A stretch of DNA of 64,000 bases from contig CAWDXG010000004.1 of assembly GCA_963806225.1 (NCBI GenBank), positions 576,001-640,000 on the forward strand, in the 5' to 3' direction. The stretch is from an uncultured delta proteobacterium. GTDB lineage: Bacteria; Myxococcota_A; Polyangia; Polyangiales; Polyangiaceae. Position numbers and translations under genes: made by a program. Under the pieces are notes generated by a model. The model did not search any database. It was not told the origin of the DNA and saw nothing but the letters and a program-made list of their open reading frames with translations. The first letter of the stretch is position 1, and the number at the start of each line of letters is the position of its first letter. Below are positions 11,739-20,498 of the stretch, in pieces.

Positions 11739-13281
11739 CAGACTTGCGACGCGCGGCGGTGGGGTCGTGCAGGCGAGCGGGCTCGAAGGGGATCTCGAGC
11801 TGGAGGCGGATGTCGTCATCGTCGGCTCCGGCGCGGGAGGCGCGGTGGTCGCCTGCGAGCTGGCCGAGGCCGGTCAGGACGTGATCGTGCTGGAAGAGGG
11901 AGGCCATGTGCCGCCGGAGCGCTACGGCAGCATGCGCCCGAGCGAGACGATGCGGCACATGTGGCGCGACGCGGGCCTCACCTTCGCCCTCGGCCTGGGC
12001 GACACGCCGATGGTCAACGTGATGATGGGCCGCTGCATCGGCGGCTCGTCCGTGCTGACAGGCGGGGTGTGTTTCCGGATCCCGGGCTCGATCCTGCGCG
12101 AGTGGTCGGAAGACCTCGGTCTCGTCGAGCTCACCGAGAGGGGCATGGAGCCCTGCTTCGAAGCGGTCGAGAAGGCCATCCACGTCGAACAGGTGCCGGA
12201 GCACATGCGCTCGCAGTCGACGCTGCGCTTCCTCGAAGGCGCCCAGCGCCTGGGCTATCCGACCAAGCCGCTGCGCCGCAACACGCACGGCTGCAACGGC
12301 TGCGGGCGCTGCAACTTCGGCTGCCCCCACGGCGCGAAGCTGAGCGTGGACGTGAGCTACCTGCCCCGCGCCATGGCAGCGGGCGCGCGCGTGTACTCGG
12401 ACTGCCGCGTGGAGACGATCACGCGGCGGAACGGCCGGGCAAGCGGCGTGGTTGGGCGCGTGCTGTCCGGCGCGCGCGGGCGGAAGCTCGGACGCCTGCG
12501 TGTGCGTGCACGCCGTGTGGTCGTTGCGGCCGGCGCGTACGGCTCGCCGCTGCTGCTCGCCAGGAGCGGCGTCGGATTGGGCTCGGGCCAGGTGGGCAAG
12601 AACCTCACGCTGCATCCGGGCTTCCGCGTGATGGCGCGCTTCGACGAGAAGATCGAAGGCTGGAAGGGCGCGCTCCAGAGCGCCTACAGCGACGCTTTCG
12701 AGGACGAGCGCATCACGCTGGTGGGGCTGTTCGTTCCGCCGGGCGTATTGGCAGCGACCATGCCCGGGGTCGGCAGCGAGCACGTCCAGCGCGCTCGTTC
12801 GGTGCCGCACCTCGGCATCTTCGGCGGCATGATCCACGACGACGGCGGCGGCGCCATCCGCGAGGTCTTCGGCCGGCCCGTCATGACCTACCGCATGTCG
12901 TCCCGCGACCGCGCCGCGGTCCCGAAGCTGATGCGCCACATGGCGGAGATCTTCTTCGCCGGCGGCGCGAAGGAAGTCTTCCTGCCGGTGCTCGGTCTGG
13001 GCGGTATCGACGCGGATAGGCTGCGCATACTGGACCTCGAGCACGTGCCCGGCCGGCAGCTGGAATGCGGCTCGCAGCATCCACTGGGCACCTGTCGCAT
13101 GGGCGTGTCGCCGCGCGGCTCGGTCGTGGATCCGGACGGGCAGGCCTGGGATCTGCCGGAGCTATTCGTAGCGGACGGAAGCATCCTGCCCACGAGCCTG
13201 GGCGTGAATCCGCAGCTTTCCATCATGAGCATGGCCACGCGCATAGCCTGGAAGCTGCGCGAACGGCCCCTGCCCGGTTGA
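11728..13281 (+). CDS. GMC family oxidoreductase
   Basis: DVVIVGSGAGG, GRCIGGSS, CNGCGRCNFGCP, HPLGTCRMG and DGSILPTSLGVNP motifs. Confidence 0.93.
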   Translation: MPGDRLATRGGGVVQASGLEGDLELEADVVIVGSGAGGAVVACELAEAGQDVIVLEEGGHVPPERYGSMRPSETMRHMWRDAGLTFALGLGDTPMVNVMMGRCIGGSSVLTGGVCFRIPGSILREWSEDLGLVELTERGMEPCFEAVEKAIHVEQVPEHMRSQSTLRFLEGAQRLGYPTKPLRRNTHGCNGCGRCNFGCPHGAKLSVDVSYLPRAMAAGARVYSDCRVETITRRNGRASGVVGRVLSGARGRKLGRLRVRARRVVVAAGAYGSPLLLARSGVGLGSGQVGKNLTLHPGFRVMARFDEKIEGWKGALQSAYSDAFEDERITLVGLFVPPGVLAATMPGVGSEHVQRARSVPHLGIFGGMIHDDGGGAIREVFGRPVMTYRMSSRDRAAVPKLMRHMAEIFFAGGAKEVFLPVLGLGGIDADRLRILDLEHVPGRQLECGSQHPLGTCRMGVSPRGSVVDPDGQAWDLPELFVADGSILPTSLGVNPQLSIMSMATRIAWKLRERPLPG

Positions 13282-14083
13282 ATGGCGCCGACGGGGGAGA
13301 GCCTGGACCATCACGCCTGCAACCTGTCCGCACTCCCCGCGGACCTCGGCGGGCGCTTCGTGCAGCTCGCACGCGGCAGCGAAGCGTCGTTCGACGCACT
13401 GCGCGCGCGGCGGCACGGCGTCTGGAAGACGCGCCTGCATTCGCTGATGCGCTATTTCCTGTCGGACTTCGACGTGAACGGCCTGCTCGGCATGTATGCG
13501 ATGCATCTGCTGGACACGCCGCAATGGGAGCAGCTGCTCGGCCCGCCCGGCCAGGAGCGACTGATCGATGTCGGCGCGGGCTCCGGCAACGTCACGAGCA
13601 CGCTGGCGCCGCTGTTCGGAACGGTGGCCACCACGGAGAACGTCCTGGGCCATGGCCCGGCGCCTCGAACGACGCGGCTACCTGTGCTTCCGCGTCGACG
13701 TGGCGGAGAGCGGGATCCCGGACGAGCCGTGGGATGCGATCAGCTGCCTGAACGTGCTCGACCGCTGCGCGCGCCCGCTGTCGCTGCTGCGGCGGCTCGC
13801 CGGGGCTCTCGCTCCGGGAGGACGACTGGTGCTGTCGATGCCCCTACCCTACGTGCCGATCGTGTTCGACGGCGGCGTCACGCGCGAACCCAGCGAGCCG
13901 CTTCCCCTGGCGGATTGCGCGAGCTGGGAGGCAGGCGTCGCTGCGCTCGTCGAGCGCGTGCTCTCGCCGACGGGCCTGGAAGTACAGCGCTTCGCACGCG
14001 CGCCCTACGCGTCGGCCGGCGATGCCCACCAGCCGCTGTACGTGCTGGACAACGTCGTCATGGTGTGCAGGATCCGTACGTGA
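13282..14083 (+). pseudogene. METTL9/DREV-like SAM-dependent methyltransferase, split by one extra A at 13639-13640
   Basis: Frame 1 gives DVNGLLG, LIDVGAGSGNVT and ATTE. Removing one A joins it to TSWAMARRL, DAISCLNVLDRCARPLSLL, LVLSMPLPY and RAPYASAGDAHQPLYVLDNVVMV, which parallel METTL9 motifs. It could be an intact gene with a sequencing error. Confidence 0.8.
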
Positions 14084-15120
14084 CCGATCGCGTACCCGTC
14101 GACCCTGCCCTGGCAGCGCGCGTGGCGCCGCGCCTGCTCTCGTCGCTCGCGCGTGAGTACCCGAACAAGATGGCGCATGTGCTGTCGAGCGACGCCGACG
14201 TGCGACCTCCGCGCGAGCTCACGCCGGCGTTCTACGGCTGCTTCGACTGGCACTCGGCCGTGCACAGCCACTGGGCGCTGGCGCGTCTGGCACGCAGCCT
14301 GCCGGACGCGGACTTCGCAGAGGCAGGGCTGGCCGCGCTGGAGCGGACCTTCGAACCCGAGCGCATCGCTGGAGAGCTCCGCCATCTCGGCGCGCCCGGA
14401 CGCGAGGGCTTCGAGCGGCCCTACGGACTGTCCTGGCTGCTGCAGCTCCGCGCGGAGCTCACGGAATGGAGTCACGAAGGCGTGGAGGAACCGGCCCGCT
14501 GGACCAGGGAGATGGGCCCGCTCTGCACACTGGCGGCGCAGCGCCTGGAAAGCTGGCTGGATTCGCTGGTGTATCCGGTGCGCAGCGGCGAGCACCCGCA
14601 GAGCGCCTTCGCAATCGGGCTGTGGCTCGACAGCGTCCCGGACGCCGGGGCGGGGCATATCCGCAAGCGGGTGCTCGCCCTGTACGGAAGCGATCGGGAC
14701 GGCCCGCTGCATCTAGAGCCGTCGGGGTACGACTTCCTTTCACCGTGCCTGGCCGAGGCCGATCTGATGCGCCGGGTGCTCGGGCCCGAGCCGTTTGCGG
14801 CGTGGCTGGACGGCTGGCTGCCCGCCCTGCGGGATCCAGCCGCGTTCGCGCTGGATCCGGTGTGTTGCCCGGACCCGTCCGACGGCAAGCTGGCCCACCT
14901 GGACGGGCTGAATCTGAGCCGCGCCTGGATGCTGGAAGGCATCGCGGCGGGCCTACCGGAGGACGACCCGCGCCGGCAGCCGCTGCTGGACGCCGCAGCG
15001 CGGCACGCCACGGCCGGTCTCGCGGCCGTGGGCGGCGACCACTACGCGGGCACCCACTGGCTGGGCAGCTTCGCCGTCTACCTGGCGACAGGGCGCGGGC
15101 TACCGCGGACAATGGCGTGA
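14080..15120 (+). CDS. DUF2891 family protein
   Basis: REYPNK, PAFYGCFDWHSAVHSHW, FERPYG, EPSGYDFLSP, HLDGLNLSRAW and HYAGTHWLGSFA motifs; GTGA overlap with the upstream stop. Confidence 0.9.
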   Translation: MTDRVPVDPALAARVAPRLLSSLAREYPNKMAHVLSSDADVRPPRELTPAFYGCFDWHSAVHSHWALARLARSLPDADFAEAGLAALERTFEPERIAGELRHLGAPGREGFERPYGLSWLLQLRAELTEWSHEGVEEPARWTREMGPLCTLAAQRLESWLDSLVYPVRSGEHPQSAFAIGLWLDSVPDAGAGHIRKRVLALYGSDRDGPLHLEPSGYDFLSPCLAEADLMRRVLGPEPFAAWLDGWLPALRDPAAFALDPVCCPDPSDGKLAHLDGLNLSRAWMLEGIAAGLPEDDPRRQPLLDAAARHATAGLAAVGGDHYAGTHWLGSFAVYLATGRGLPRTMA

Positions 15121-15248
15121 TCGTCGCACCCGGTTCACACAGCATGTGACCGGAGCACGCAGGCGCGCTATCCTCGGCCCACGGGGATGACTGGCAAGGG
15201 GTCAGGCACAGGTATAGATACGCGTGGACATGTCCGATCCTGCAGGGG

Positions 15249-15590
15249 ATGGTGCGGGGGCTCTTGCCGCTGTACATCCTCGAGCTCTTGAGCCGCGAGG
15301 CGTCGCACGGCATCGGCATCGCAACCACCATCCGGCAGATGAACGGCGGAACGTGGTCTCCTAGCCCTGGCTCGCTCTACCCCACGCTGCGCAAGCTGGA
15401 GCAGCAGGGGCTCATCGCCGGGCGGTGGCACAAGAGCTCCGCGGCGGACAAGCGCGTCTACGAGATCACGCCAGAGGGGCTGAGCGCGCGCGCGCAGCTC
15501 CGCGGCAAACTGCTCGACGAGCTGAGCCTCGCGCGCGACGTGATCGACATCCACTACGCGGCGCTGTCGACCGACGCCCGCGAAGCCTGA
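15249..15590 (+). CDS. PadR-family transcriptional regulator
   Basis: ILELL...HG.GI, PSPGSLYPTLRKLEQQGLI and KRVYEITPEG motifs. Confidence 0.9.
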   Translation: MVRGLLPLYILELLSREASHGIGIATTIRQMNGGTWSPSPGSLYPTLRKLEQQGLIAGRWHKSSAADKRVYEITPEGLSARAQLRGKLLDELSLARDVIDIHYAALSTDAREA

Positions 15591-15715
15591 CGCGGGTGAT
15601 GCCGTCGAGGCGGTGCTGGCCGACGCGCTGCAGCGGGCGGCGGCGGCGGGGCAGTGGGCGAAGCGCTTGCCCGCGAGCTGGAGATGCGGCGGGCTCTCGC
15701 GGGCGGGGTTCCAAC

Positions 15716-15937
15716 CTATTGTTCTCTGCTCGAAACGCTCGCGCAGGTCACGCTGTTGTCGGGTCGTATCGCGCACTTCTCCATCTCCGACGTGCTGCTG
15801 GTTTGCTTCACGAAGTAGATGTACGGCAGATATCGGGGCACCGCAGCGTCCGGCGCGACCAAGGCGTAGGTTCTCCCGCATCCTGCAAGGACGCCGCTAC
15901 CGACGACAACGGCTGCGAGCACCAGAAGCGATGGCAC
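15716..15937 (-). CDS. Small lipoprotein D (73 aa) with a C-x9-C pair
   Basis: AAGGAG RBS then GTG at 15937: VPSLLVLAAVVVGSGVLAGC (lipobox LAGC)...CAIRPDNSVTC. Confidence 0.7.
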   Translation of the reverse strand: MPSLLVLAAVVVGSGVLAGCGRTYALVAPDAAVPRYLPYIYFVKQTSSTSEMEKCAIRPDNSVTCASVSSREQ

Positions 15938-16137
15938 AGGTTGCTCTCCTTGCAGTGCGTCTCGGCCCCGTCTGGCGCAACGTCGCAAACAACGATCAAT
16001 TGGTGGCCGTCGGAGTGCACCCATTCGTACCAGACCTTGTTCGGAACGGCATAGCCCGCGTGCACCAGGGTTGCGCCGCCGCAGCCGACGGCGCCGAGCG
16101 CGAGGAGCAACAGGGCAACGGGTCGCAGATTGATCAC
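15808..16137 (-). CDS. Small lipoprotein C with a C-x10-C pair (may naturally end at about 15934)
   Basis: MINLRPVALLLLALGAVGC lipobox, CDVAPDGAETHC; GTGA coupling to the upstream gene. Confidence 0.7.
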   Translation of the reverse strand: MINLRPVALLLLALGAVGCGGATLVHAGYAVPNKVWYEWVHSDGHQLIVVCDVAPDGAETHCKESNLCHRFWCSQPLSSVAASLQDAGEPTPWSRRTLRCPDICRTSTS

Positions 16138-16478
16138 GGTGCACCTCTCACGGGCGATGTTCCGCTCGGGGCCGGTGCAGCCGCGACGGTCGGTGCGGCG
16201 GTGGCACCGGGCGGGACGACGCCAGAGCCGGGTATCCCCCGCTTGCTCTGGTCATAGGAGATGGGGCTGCACACGAACCTGCCGCTGACCTTGCTGCAGT
16301 TCCACGCTTCGTACGTCGTCCAGGCCGAGAAGAATGCGTAGCGCACGCCGACCGTGATGACCTTGTAGCTATTGTAGGAAGGGTGCACTGCGAAATCCGC
16401 TATCCGGCGCGACGTGACGCAAGCCGGCAAGAACAGTCCCGCGGCGAGCGCGAAGCAGAGGGGGGCAAGGCGGCGCAT
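16134..16478 (-). CDS. Small lipoprotein B (114 aa) with a C-x8-C pair and a Pro/Ala tail
   Basis: MRRLAPLCFALAAGLFLPAC lipobox, CSKVSGRFVC; TGATG coupling at 16480-16476. Confidence 0.7.
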   Translation of the reverse strand: MRRLAPLCFALAAGLFLPACVTSRRIADFAVHPSYNSYKVITVGVRYAFFSAWTTYEAWNCSKVSGRFVCSPISYDQSKRGIPGSGVVPPGATAAPTVAAAPAPSGTSPVRGAP

Positions 16479-16696
16479 CACTTGTACACCACGGGGTAGG
16501 CCTTGCAGTCGGAGAGGCTGCCATCCGCGGCTCGCTTGCAGTCGCCGAGCGACCATGACGTTCCCTTGATCTGGACGAATACGAGTTCGTGGTCGCGAAC
16601 AGCGTATTCGGTGATCGCCTGCCGCCCACAGCCACTCACGGCAAGCGTCGCGACGACAAGGAGCGGCGCGACGAAAATCACATTCTGTCGACGCAT
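16478..16696 (-). CDS. Small lipoprotein A (72 aa) with a C-x10-C pair
   Basis: MRRQNVIFVAPLLVVATLAVSGC lipobox, CKRAADGSLSDC. Confidence 0.7.
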   Translation of the reverse strand: MRRQNVIFVAPLLVVATLAVSGCGRQAITEYAVRDHELVFVQIKGTSWSLGDCKRAADGSLSDCKAYPVVYK

Positions 16697-17077
16697 GGCC
16701 CGTTCTATCCAGCGGCCACGACGTTCATCAACCCCGTCCGGGCCGGGCACGGCCCATGGATGACGGCCGTTGCCGCTGCGGAATATCAGAATGCGTTGGG
16801 AAATAGCGTATAGCTGCCACAAGAGAACGGCGCGATCGGTGCCAGTGCCCTCCGCGGCTCCAGGGCTACGGTATCAGTTCACCTGGAAGCTCTGCTGGCT
16901 GTCGGGGGTGGCGGATCTCGGCCAGAGCGTGCGCATGCCCAGGCTACGAAGTCGATCCGGGGCCATGCTGAAGCACCCGAAGCAGTAGTGAGGCGCGCGG
17001 TGTTTCCCTGTGGAGTCGGGGAACGATGCACGGCGTGCTGCGCGTTCCATCAGTGGCCTGCGCGTAGTGTCGCGTCA

Positions 17078-17707
17078 TCAGCGACCCGGCTTGGACTTCC
17101 TCGTCGCTCCCCCACGCTTGCGTTGGCGCTCGCTCCGGGCGCTCGGGCTCGGGCCGTGCCCATCGAGGAAGGTGTCGACAATCGTGCCCAGCTCCAGATC
17201 GGCGACGGGGAGCTTCGCGCCGGAGCGCGCCATGATCCCCGAGACCATGATCGGCGAGATCAGCAGCACGATCTTCTGCAGTGGATCGCCCGGAGTGATC
17301 CTGCCCGCGGCCTGGTGGTGGGCGACGATGTCCGCCGCCTTGCGCAGGTTGGGCACGAGCGCCGCCATCGCCGTGCGCAGCTCGGGATGGTTCGCCATCT
17401 CGGCGACGAGCGTCAGCACGGCGCCGCCGTAGCCACGATACGTCTGCGCGTACGCGTCGACGATCGCCAGGAGATCGGCCCGGGCGTCGTCGCTGGCGAC
17501 TACCTTGCCGAACGGAGACTCCTTCAGGCAGTGGCCGAGCGCCGCCTCGATCAGCGCGGCCTTGTTGCCGAAGCGGCGGAACAGGGTGACCTCGTTGACG
17601 CCTGCGCGCCTGGCCATTTCCTGTGTTGTTGCCGCGTCATAGCCGCGCTCGGCGAACACCGAGACCACCGTCTCGAACAGGCGATCGAGGTCTATGACCT
17701 TCGGCAT
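17078..17707 (-). CDS. TetR/AcrR-family transcriptional regulator
   Basis: FAERGYDAATTQEMARRAGVNEVTLFRRFGNKAAL HTH motif. Confidence 0.92.
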   Translation of the reverse strand: MPKVIDLDRLFETVVSVFAERGYDAATTQEMARRAGVNEVTLFRRFGNKAALIEAALGHCLKESPFGKVVASDDARADLLAIVDAYAQTYRGYGGAVLTLVAEMANHPELRTAMAALVPNLRKAADIVAHHQAAGRITPGDPLQKIVLLISPIMVSGIMARSGAKLPVADLELGTIVDTFLDGHGPSPSARSERQRKRGGATRKSKPGR

Positions 17708-17744
17708 GATGCCCTTGCTCCCATGCCAGCCAGCGTAGAGCAAA

Positions 17745-17782
17745 CCGGCTTTATTGCAAGTATGCGCTTGCAATAAAGCCGG
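17745..17782. promoter_or_regulatory. Perfect 16-bp inverted repeat; probable TetR operator
   Basis: CCGGCTTTATTGCAAG-tatgcg-CTTGCAATAAAGCCGG, between the divergent tetR and nitroreductase genes. Confidence 0.8.
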
Positions 17783-17802
17783 CGCGGGCGTACTTGTGGG
17801 GC

Positions 17803-18975
17803 ATGAACGCAGCCGTCACACACACCGTGCAAAGAGAGCCGGCTGGCTTCGCGCTCCAGCGCACCTTCATCTGGCGCATCAAGCTGAAGCTGCAGTTCAC
17901 CGGTTGGCTGCAGTACATGCCCTCCGGGGTGGCGGCGCTTGTGTTCCTGCTGCTTGCCGGCGTGGGTTGGCTGATCGGACTCTGGCCGGCGCTGCTGTTC
18001 TGGACGCCGCTTTCGATCGGTCTCCTGCTTTCGGCGAACACCGCCTTCGAGATCGTGACGCTGAAGCTCGGCCTCCGCCCGCCGGAGCCGCTTCCCGCGC
18101 CACTCGATGGGCTCGACGCCTTCGACGTGATGCGGGCCCGGCGCGCCTGTCGCTCGTTCCAGAAACGCAACCTGACGCCGGCCCATCGCGAGGCGCTGCT
18201 CGGCAGCGTCGCTCTCAATAGCCAGCCCGAGCGCCAGATCGGCAAGAGCCCGATCCGCTTCGAGTACGTCGCTGCGCCGCTGACGGTGTGGCCCGTTGTC
18301 GGTGCGCACGAGTTCCTCGTCGCTATTGCCCCGAAAACCTACGACCGTCTCGCCGTCATCAACGTCGGCCGCAGCCTGCAAAAGGTCGTCATCGACGCCA
18401 CCCGCATGGGCCTGGCAACCTGCTGGATCGGCCCGGGTGCTGACCAGAAGAGCATCGTGGCGAAGCTGGGCGACCGCTTCGATCCCGAGAAGGACCACGT
18501 CATCTGCGTGTGTGCGGTCGGCTACGAGTCCGCGTTGAAACCCCTGACCATCCGCTTCATACAGAGGTCGCAGCACTGGCGCCGACCGCTCGAGCAGCTG
18601 TTCTTCAGCGACCCGGAGCTACAGCAGCCATTGGACGTTAAGAAGCCACCCTTCGATGCCTTCGGACGTTGCTACGAGGTGTGCCAGTGGTCGCCGTCGT
18701 CCTACAACGGCCAGACCACGCGCGCCGCGGCGGCGCTGGAAGAGAGAGACGGCAGAGCGACGCTTGCCCGGATGGATTTCTACGCTTCCACCTCCTCGCG
18801 CTACTACGCCGCGGTGGCGCTCGGCATCTGGTGCGCCAACTGGGAACTAGGCGCCGAAGCGCTCGGCACTCCCGGTCACTTCTCCGTGCTGTCATCCGTC
18901 GAGCGCGGACTCGCAAATGACCCCGGACTACCGCACTACGACGTCAGCTGGATCGCCGATCACCACCTGACGTAG
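17803..18975 (+). CDS. Nitroreductase-family protein with N-terminal membrane segments
   Basis: MRARRACRSF, ATRMGLATCWIG, AVGY and WSPSSYNGQ (two nitroreductase-like repeats); two TM helices near the N-terminus. Confidence 0.85.
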   Translation: MNAAVTHTVQREPAGFALQRTFIWRIKLKLQFTGWLQYMPSGVAALVFLLLAGVGWLIGLWPALLFWTPLSIGLLLSANTAFEIVTLKLGLRPPEPLPAPLDGLDAFDVMRARRACRSFQKRNLTPAHREALLGSVALNSQPERQIGKSPIRFEYVAAPLTVWPVVGAHEFLVAIAPKTYDRLAVINVGRSLQKVVIDATRMGLATCWIGPGADQKSIVAKLGDRFDPEKDHVICVCAVGYESALKPLTIRFIQRSQHWRRPLEQLFFSDPELQQPLDVKKPPFDAFGRCYEVCQWSPSSYNGQTTRAAAALEERDGRATLARMDFYASTSSRYYAAVALGIWCANWELGAEALGTPGHFSVLSSVERGLANDPGLPHYDVSWIADHHLT

Positions 18976-19279
18976 CGGGTCGTTGCGGGGCGCCGGGCGC
19001 GGGATCGGTGCTGGCGGGCGAGCCCGCGCTCGCCGCTCTCGCTGTCGCCTCCACGCTCGGCACGCTTCCCGCTGCGCGACATGCACGGCAAAGGACAAGC
19101 CGGCGCCGGCCGCCAGTGCGTGCGCCGACTACCACGAGGCGCCCGGACCCCTGCCCCAGCCCGTCGAGACCGTCCGCTGCCGCCACATAGCAGCCCCGTC
19201 ACCCGCGCCCCCCGCGCTTGTCGCCCGCATTCCCTGTCCTGCGCCCCGACGCCAGCGCGTTCATCCGGACTACGCGCGC

Positions 19280-19957
19280 AACCCCAGGGCGACGGAGCAA
19301 GGACGGCGCTACACCCCCGACGGCACCGACATCAACCGCCTGTTCAGCTACGACTACGTGAATCACCTGGCGCGCGAGGCGTGGACCTACGAGCACAATC
19401 GCGCATTCGAGCTGCGTCCGCTGGTGACGGGGCTGGACGGCATCATCGATCTGCACTCGGCCAGCCAACCCACCGTGCCGTCCGCGATCTGCGACGGCAC
19501 GCCGGACGGCATCGCACTCGCACGCCACACCGGCGCGCGCGTCACCTACGGCTGGGACGGCCCGGGCATGCTGATGGAGCAGGTGAGCATCGGAGCGCTG
19601 GTCCGCCGCGGCCGTCCCGCGCTCAGCGTGGAATGCGGCCAGCACGAGGATCCCGGCACGACCGATCACGCCTGGGAGGTCCTGACGCGCTTCCTCGGCG
19701 CACTCGGCATCACCGACCACCCGATCGCCGACGAGCCGGGCCCCGCCTACCGGCTGTTCGCGCGCGTGGTCAAGCCGACGCTCGGCTTCGCGCTGACGCA
19801 GAACTACCGCAGCTTCGACTCACTCGAGGCCGGCGCCGAGCTCGGCCGCGGCGACGGCATGAGCATCTTCGTCAACGAACGCGCCTTCCTGCTCCTACCC
19901 ACGCCCCACGCCCAGCGCGGCGAGGACATCGTGTACCTGGCGCGGGAGATGACGTAG
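19280..19957 (+). pseudogene. 5'-truncated succinylglutamate desuccinylase/aspartoacylase (M14-like) gene
   Basis: NP.A...GRR...DINRLF, IIDLHS and SVECGQH are present; the N-terminal HGxE zinc motif and a credible start are missing. Confidence 0.7.
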
Positions 19958-19964
19958 GCGCAGG

Positions 19965-20296
19965 TCCCTGGGTGGCCTGCACGTGGATGCACGCGCGACC
20001 GTCGGTGGCGCGCAGCGTGCCCGGCGGCAGATCGATCTCGGGCGTCACCGTTTCTCCCGGCGCGACGTAGGCCAGGAATTTCGTGATGTGGACGATGACG
20101 TCGCGCCACGTCGGGAACACGTCGATGGCCGGGAGTACGTCGCGACTCAGCCGGCGGTTGAAGAAGAGCTCCTCGATCTCCAGCGACTCGGGGTCGTGAT
20201 CGAGCGCACCTTCGGCGAGATCGAGAACCCGACGAGGATGTAGTCATCCAGCGCGAAGGCGTGCTCCGCCCCGCAGACTCCGCAGCTGTAGTGCGT
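19965..20296 (-). pseudogene. Internal, frameshifted fragment resembling the DUF5939 region of adenylate/guanylate cyclase proteins
   Basis: Manual translation THYSCGVCGAEHAFALDDYILVGFSISPKVRSI / (shift near 20195) HDPESLEIEELFFNRRL...YVAPGETVTPEIDLPPG; no start. Confidence 0.5.
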
Positions 20297-20498
20297 GCGG
20301 AGGCAGCAACACGCGGCATTTGCCCACGCACTTCGCCAGTGGCACGAGATCAGACAAGCGCTGGATCTCGAAGCGCGTACCCGGTGCGTCCGACGTGATC
20401 GACAGCGGTGCGACCGTCGGAGGCGTGTAGAGCGATTGTGCGCTTGCCGGGGCGGCGAGCGTCAGTCCCAACAGAGCAGCGCGCAGCGCGCGTGACAC
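20297..20498 (-). pseudogene. N-terminal fragment of a secreted myxobacterial-type protein
   Basis: Signal peptide MSRALRAALLGLTLAAPASA, then ...LAKCVGKCRVLLPP, after which it runs into unrelated sequence. Confidence 0.45.

Noticed and set aside
13282..15120. 612-aa ORF as a genuine single protein
   Set aside because: The middle third is out-of-frame sequence. It is better explained as a frameshifted METTL9-like gene plus a separate DUF2891 gene with its own GTG start.
15589..15600. GACGCGGGTGAT as an attL copy of the tRNA-Leu segment GACGCGGTGGAT
   Set aside because: Only 10 of 12 bases match in GC-rich DNA. The position is suggestive but not distinguishable from chance.
16870..17020. Minus-strand peptide PDSTGKHRAPHYCFGCFSM...QVN as a gene remnant
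   Set aside because: Short, with no start and no recognisable family; cannot be supported.
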